Shown here: one piece after another, positions 59,006-64,000 of the stretch
How the letters are laid out: every line of letters starts with the position of its first letter
Position numbering within the stretch: the stretch's first letter is position 1
Origin: Thermoanaerobaculia bacterium
GTDB taxonomy: Bacteria; Acidobacteriota; Thermoanaerobaculia; Multivoradales; Multivoraceae
NCBI GenBank assembly: GCA_963666565.1
Contig: OY762911.1
Span: 2,848,001 to 2,912,000, forward strand
Direction: 5' to 3'
Length of the DNA stretch: 64,000 nucleotides
Notes under the pieces: model-generated
Databases searched by the model: none
Told to the model about the DNA's origin: nothing
The model's input: only the letters and a program-made list of their open reading frames with translations
Position numbers and translations under genes: made by a program

Positions 59006-60688
59006 CTACCTCGGGTCGTCCGCTTGGCCTGCCTCCATTTGGACCCGCTCAAAGTAGACCGCCTCCAGCAGGTCGAGCTTGTCCTTGATGACGCCCGTCG
59101 CCGGGTGCGGCGCCGGCGCGTCGAGGACCATCCATGTGTCGGTCTCGCCGTCGTACTCCGGCCATTCCGGGGTGCCGTCGCCGTTCGGGTCGCCGGTGGC
59201 GGCGAAGCGGGTCCAGTAGCCGGCCATCGCGTCGGCCAGGGCGGCGCCGTCGTCGCCCCGGTAGTTCTCGGCGCCCTGTTCGCCGGGGTCGCCGAAGACG
59301 TAGGCGACCTCGGAGCCGTGCGGGGCGCCCGGGAAGGTCTCGCGCTGGGCTTCGGGGACGAATCGGAAGTAGTACGCACGGCCCGGCGAGCCGACGTTCT
59401 TCATCTGGGCGGCGAGGTAGCGGGCGGAGATGACGTAGCGCTGGTCGCCGAAGAGGGTGGCGGCGGCGATGCGCTCGGCGTCGGCTGCGGCCCCGGCTGC
59501 GGTCCCGGCCTCGGCGGCGGTCGCCCGATCCGGGCCGGCGGCGGCGTCCGCCGCGGCACTCGCGCCGGCAGCTCCGTTTGCGCCGTAGAGAGACCGGGCC
59601 AACGCCTCGCGTTCGCCGAAGCCGGCGAAGTAGTCGGCGGGCGTCATCGCGAAGGCGCGGAAGATGGTGCCCTCGAAGCTGTTGCCGCCTGTGATGTAGG
59701 GCACGTCGTGCTGCTTGCCGCGGGCGAAGACGATGCCCGGCTCGTCGGGGAGGACGGCGCCGGTGATCGGTACCCAGAAGCCGGTGCCGAGGCCGTTGAG
59801 GTCCTCGAACGGAATCGTCCGCAGGTCGGCGGCGGAGGGTTCGTCGCCGAGGTCGAAGCCGGCGGCGGCGACGAGCGCTGCGCCGTGGTCGCGGGCGGAC
59901 GGCAGGCCCCAGCGGGCTTCGCTGAGGTGGGGCAGCCGCCAGGTGCCGTAGCCGCTCTGGGCGATTGCCCGGTGGAACAGGCCGGCGGCCTCGGGCACGC
60001 TCATCAGGGTGTTCACCGCCATGCCGCCCGCCGAGACGCCGAAGATCGTCACGCGGTCCGGGTCGCCGCCGAAGGCCGCGGCGTTGCGCTGCACCCACTC
60101 GAGGGCGGCGATCATGTCGAGCACGCCGTGGCTGCCTTCGGGCTCGCCGGATGCCGCCGCCTCCGCGGCCAGGGCGGGGTGGGCGAAGAAGCCGAGCGCC
60201 CCCAGCCGGTACTGGATACTGACGACGACGACGCCGCGACGCGCCAGGCCGGTGCCGCGGCCGGTCGCGGGGGCTTCGCCGAGCCGGCCGTTGCCGGCGC
60301 GGAAGCCGCCGCCATGGATCCAGACCATGACCGGCAACGGGTCGTCGCCGTCGCGGTCGACGGGTGTCCACACGTTCAGGTACAGGCAGTCTTCGCTTTG
60401 GGGAAGCTGGGCGCGGCCCTGCGGGCAGATGGGCTCGTAGTCGCTGGCCTGGAGGGGTTCGGTCCAGTGCGTCGCGGCCTGGGCCGTCCGCCAGCGCAGG
60501 TCGCCCTCGGGTGCTTGCGCGAACGGGATGCCGAGGAAGGCGGCTATGTCGTCGCTGCCTTCCGGAGCGAAGCCCTGGACGGGGCCGGCGTCGGTCTGGA
60601 CCAGGAACGGGTCGGACGGCTCGCCGGCGCAGGCGAGGAGGAGGGGGAGGATGAAGATGGCGGTGGCGAGGCGGTACGGGGCTTTCAT
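59006..60688 (-). CDS. carboxylesterase type B lipoprotein
   Basis: LLAC lipobox, FLGIPFA, EDCLYLNVW, WIHGGG, FGVSAGG nucleophile motif, APHGSE. Confidence 0.92.
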   Translation of the reverse strand: MKAPYRLATAIFILPLLLACAGEPSDPFLVQTDAGPVQGFAPEGSDDIAAFLGIPFAQAPEGDLRWRTAQAATHWTEPLQASDYEPICPQGRAQLPQSEDCLYLNVWTPVDRDGDDPLPVMVWIHGGGFRAGNGRLGEAPATGRGTGLARRGVVVVSIQYRLGALGFFAHPALAAEAAASGEPEGSHGVLDMIAALEWVQRNAAAFGGDPDRVTIFGVSAGGMAVNTLMSVPEAAGLFHRAIAQSGYGTWRLPHLSEARWGLPSARDHGAALVAAAGFDLGDEPSAADLRTIPFEDLNGLGTGFWVPITGAVLPDEPGIVFARGKQHDVPYITGGNSFEGTIFRAFAMTPADYFAGFGEREALARSLYGANGAAGASAAADAAAGPDRATAAEAGTAAGAAADAERIAAATLFGDQRYVISARYLAAQMKNVGSPGRAYYFRFVPEAQRETFPGAPHGSEVAYVFGDPGEQGAENYRGDDGAALADAMAGYWTRFAATGDPNGDGTPEWPEYDGETDTWMVLDAPAPHPATGVIKDKLDLLEAVYFERVQMEAGQADDPR

Positions 60689-60724
60689 AACGGGGATCCT
60701 AGCGGCCCGTTCCGGACGGGTGTC

Positions 60725-60863
60725 GGTGCGTGGGTCCGCTGACCCGCTCGCGGGCGAAGCCGCGGAGCGGCGCGGACCGGACAAGAGAGCCGCCGGCCAA
60801 GGGCCGGCGACGATGCTGGAAGCCGCCTTCGGCGGCAGCGGGTCGGAAGACCCGCGCACCCGG
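60725..60863. repeat. inverted pair of REP-like elements (copy 4 forward 60725-60766, copy 5 reverse 60822-60863)
   Basis: The reverse complement of 60822-60863 (ccgggtgcgcgggtcttccgacccgctgccgccgaaggcggc) nearly matches copy 1; copy 4 is more diverged. Confidence 0.75.
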
Positions 60864-60870
60864 CAGTGGG

Positions 60871-62319
60871 TCAGCCTTGGCCGCCGGCGGTCGGGGTCAG
60901 GTCGGACGGCAGCGCCCGGCGGCGGCCGGGCGCGACGGCGATCGTCTCCAGGAGGTCCAGCATGGTGCGCCAGCCGCGCTCCACGTTCTGCACCGAGATC
61001 CGTTCGTTGTTGCCGTGGACGCCGCCCTGGTCGGCGCCGGGGATCACGGCGGGCGAGAAGCCGTAGGCGACGATCCCGAGGTCGCGGAAGAAGTGGCTGT
61101 CGGTGAAGCCGGCGGTCACCGCGGGCATCACGGTGGAACCGGGAAAGCGCCGCGCCGTGACGGCCTCGATGGCGCGGTAGAGGTCGGTGTCCGTCGAGGA
61201 TACGGCCGACGTGAACGACATCAGGACCTCGACCGAGATGGACGGCTGGTTCAGGCGCTTCCTCAGGTCGCGGATGAAGAGCCGCGGGCTCTGATCGGGC
61301 AGCAGTCGGCAGTCCAGTTCGGCGCTGGCGGCGGGCGCCACGACGTTGATCTTGCTCGACGCGTTGAGCCGGGTGACCGCGCAGGTGTTCCTGGTGAGCG
61401 CGTGCAGCGACGGATTCGTCCGGTGCAGCGCCGCGAGCCGTTGCGGCGACGCGATCAGGCGCTTGGCATCGGCCAGGTGGGCCGCCGCCGCTTCGAGATC
61501 GGCCAGACGCCGGAAGTAGTCGGCCACGGCCGGCACGATGCGGGGTTCGAACGGATCGAGCCGCAGGCGTTCGAGTGCCTCGACCAGGTCCGTCACGGCG
61601 CTCCGGGGCGAGGGGCTGGAGCCGTGGCCGGCAGGTCCGACCGCGTTCAGGCGGAGCCACATCGGCACCTTCTGGGTCACCTCGACGCTGAACACGACGC
61701 GGTTGCCGAGCACCCGGCCGCTGCCGCCCTCGTTCAGCAGCAGGCCGACGTTCTCGATCAGGTCCGGCCGGTTGCGGACGAGCCAGCCGGCGCCGAGCCG
61801 CCCGCCGGCTTCTTCGTCCGCCGTGGCCAGGAAGATGACGTCGCGGTCCAGCGGCTGGCCGGAGCGGGCGAGGGCGAGGAACGCCTCCAGGTGCATGATG
61901 CCCAGGCCCTTCGTGTCGAGCGCCCCACGGCCGTTGAGGTAGCCGTTCTCGTAGGTCCCGGAGAGCGGATCGTGCTTCCAGAAGCGCGGGTCGGCGGGCA
62001 CCACGTCGATGTGGTGGATGAGGACGATGCCCGGCGCCGGTCCGCCTTCGAGCCGCGCCCAGATGCTGCCGCGGCCGGGCGCCGGCTCCACGGTTTCGTA
62101 GGCGATGCCTTCGCGTTCGAAGATGTCGGCGAAGAAGGCGACCGCCTCGCTCTCGTTGCCGGGCGGGTTCGTCGTGTCGATGCGGATGTACTGCTGGAGG
62201 CGCTGCGAGGCCAGCGGCAGCCGCTGGTCGGCGGCGGTGTCCTTCGACTGGGCCGCGGCTTGGGGCGCCAGGGTGAGGAGCGCGGCCAGGGCGGGAACGA
62301 GCGTGGCGGCGGTTCGCAT
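60871..62319 (-). CDS. M20/M25/M40 family metallopeptidase, secreted
   Basis: IDTTNPPGNE, HHIDVVP, GRGALDTKG, ADEEAGG, NEGG, FTDS, HGNNE. Confidence 0.92.
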   Translation of the reverse strand: MRTAATLVPALAALLTLAPQAAAQSKDTAADQRLPLASQRLQQYIRIDTTNPPGNESEAVAFFADIFEREGIAYETVEPAPGRGSIWARLEGGPAPGIVLIHHIDVVPADPRFWKHDPLSGTYENGYLNGRGALDTKGLGIMHLEAFLALARSGQPLDRDVIFLATADEEAGGRLGAGWLVRNRPDLIENVGLLLNEGGSGRVLGNRVVFSVEVTQKVPMWLRLNAVGPAGHGSSPSPRSAVTDLVEALERLRLDPFEPRIVPAVADYFRRLADLEAAAAHLADAKRLIASPQRLAALHRTNPSLHALTRNTCAVTRLNASSKINVVAPAASAELDCRLLPDQSPRLFIRDLRKRLNQPSISVEVLMSFTSAVSSTDTDLYRAIEAVTARRFPGSTVMPAVTAGFTDSHFFRDLGIVAYGFSPAVIPGADQGGVHGNNERISVQNVERGWRTMLDLLETIAVAPGRRRALPSDLTPTAGGQG

Positions 62320-62456
62320 CGGGTTGGTCGTTGAAGCGTCCGAACGGTCGGTCGGTGAACGGCGAGCATATGGCAAGTGGGGTCAACCGCTAGCGGCGGC
62401 TATGATCGCTCGGCTGCGTAAGGGATCCCAGGACGGAAGGATCGAAGGAGAGGCTC

Positions 62457-64000
62457 TTGACCAGATCACAACGAAGACTCGCGGCGTCGGTGCTGATGTC
62501 GCCGCTGCTTGCCCTCGTTTCGGCCACGGCCTGGGCGCAGCATGGCGTCGGCGCGGGCGACTGGCCGTCCTACGGCGGCGACTACGGCAGCACGAAGTAC
62601 ACCGCGCTCGACCAGATCGACCGGGACAACGTCGCCGACCTCGAGGTGGCATGGGGTTGGGACTCCCCCGACAACGCCGAGGCGGCGGAACGGGCCCGCT
62701 TTCTCAGGCCGGGCCCCTACAAGGTGACGCCGCTCATGGTCGACGGCGTGCTCTATGCGGCGACGTCCTTCGGTCAGGTCGCCGCCCTCGATGCCGCGAC
62801 CGGCGAGCAGAAGTGGGTCTTCGACACGGAGGACTGGCGGCGCAGCCGGCCCACGAACCTCGGCTACAACCACCGCGGCGTCGGCTACTGGACGGACGGC
62901 GAGCAGGAGCGGCTCCTCATGCCGACGAACCAGGCGTACCTGTGGGCCATCGACGCCCACACCGGCGAGCCGGTCGGCGACTTCGGCGAGGGCGGCAAGG
63001 TCGACCTGACGGAGGGGCTCGGACGACCGGTGCAGCGGCGCGTTTACTCGGTCATCTCCGCGCCCATGATCGTCGGCGACACGGTGATCGTCGGTTCCTC
63101 GATCTTCGACGGGCCGACGCGCAAGGAGATGCCGCCCGGACACGTCCGCGGCTTCGACGCGCGCACCGGCGAGCAGAAGTGGATCTTCCACACGATCCCC
63201 CAGGGCGACGAGCCGGGCGTCGAGACCTGGGAAGACGAGTCCTGGACCTACACCGGCAACACGAACGTCTGGTCGCTGATGAGCGGCGATCCGGAACTGG
63301 GCTACGTCTACCTGCCGATCGGTACGCCGACGAACGACTGGTACGGCGGCCACCGCCTCGGCGACAATCTGTACGCCGAGAGCATCGTCTGCCTGGACGC
63401 GGCGACCGGCGAAAAGGTCTGGCACTTCCAGTTCGTCCACCACGGGCTCTGGGACTACGACGTGCCGGCGGCGCCGAACCTCGTCGACATCACGGTCGAC
63501 GGCAAACGGATCAAGGCGGTCGCCCAGATCACGAAGCAGGGCTTCATCTACGTCTTCGACCGCGCGACCGGCGAGCCGGTGTGGCCGATCGAGGAGCGGC
63601 CGGTGCCGCAGACGGACGTCCCCGGCGAGCGCACGTCGCCGACCCAGCCGTTCCCGACGAAGCCTCTGCCGTACGAACACCAGGGGTTCGAGAGCGACGA
63701 CATGCTCATCTCGTTCACGCCGGAACTCCACGAGGCGGCCAGGGAGATCCGCGACAAGTGGGTCTACGGGCCCCTGTTCACGCCGCCGTCGCTCCAGGGC
63801 ACCCTGCTGCTGCCCGGCTGGGGAGGCGGCGCGAACTGGTACGGCGCCGCGGTCGATCCCGAGACGTCCACGATCTACATCCCGTCGTTCACGGGGCCGA
63901 TGGTGGTCAAGCTGGTCGAGCCGGACGGCGCGCGCTCGAACTTCCGCTACGTGCGCGGCATGGACGGCATCGAGAGCTTCTTCCTGCCGGGGCCGATGGG
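62457..64000 (+). CDS. PQQ-dependent glucose/quinate dehydrogenase-like protein, 3'-partial
   Basis: Translated by hand (absent from the ORF track because it has no stop): [45 protein letters not shown]; TTG start after GAAGGAG. Confidence 0.9.
   Translation, partial: MTRSQRRLAASVLMSPLLALVSATAWAQHGVGAGDWPSYGGDYGSTKYTALDQIDRDNVADLEVAWGWDSPDNAEAAERARFLRPGPYKVTPLMVDGVLYAATSFGQVAALDAATGEQKWVFDTEDWRRSRPTNLGYNHRGVGYWTDGEQERLLMPTNQAYLWAIDAHTGEPVGDFGEGGKVDLTEGLGRPVQRRVYSVISAPMIVGDTVIVGSSIFDGPTRKEMPPGHVRGFDARTGEQKWIFHTIPQGDEPGVETWEDESWTYTGNTNVWSLMSGDPELGYVYLPIGTPTNDWYGGHRLGDNLYAESIVCLDAATGEKVWHFQFVHHGLWDYDVPAAPNLVDITVDGKRIKAVAQITKQGFIYVFDRATGEPVWPIEERPVPQTDVPGERTSPTQPFPTKPLPYEHQGFESDDMLISFTPELHEAAREIRDKWVYGPLFTPPSLQGTLLLPGWGGGANWYGAAVDPETSTIYIPSFTGPMVVKLVEPDGARSNFRYVRGMDGIESFFLPGPM

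Overview
A high-GC (roughly 70% by eye) bacterial window, probably Acidobacteria-like (inferred from an Acidobacterial-type VWA protein and the secreted hydrolase/PQQ gene content). From 1 to 36.7 kb it holds mostly metabolic and signalling genes: an ATP-grasp/alpha-E/transglutaminase trio joined to a partner-switching cascade, two ABC systems, serC, a TMTC-like/Ppm1-GtrA glycosylation pair, a small Cys-periodic secreted protein and a dispersed REP-like repeat. From about 37.0 to 58.9 kb is a defence island. It contains a complete type 1-like BREX operon (brxA-like, brxB, brxC, pglX, pglZ, brxL). Five extra genes are tightly coupled between brxC and pglX: an XRE/IrrE-type regulator that has lost its HExxH zinc motif, a UG/Abi-type reverse transcriptase (FADD motif), a nitrilase-domain protein in the same frame as the RT and separated from it only by TAA-CAG, and an ABC-type ATPase + DUF4276 (TOPRIM-like) pair. 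After brxL come a candidate ~200-nt structured RNA and an AbiJ-NTD/Abi_C HEPN-type gene. The BREX-embedded RT-nitrilase module is the best candidate for an undescribed system. All family assignments come from recognising motifs by eye; no database searches were run.
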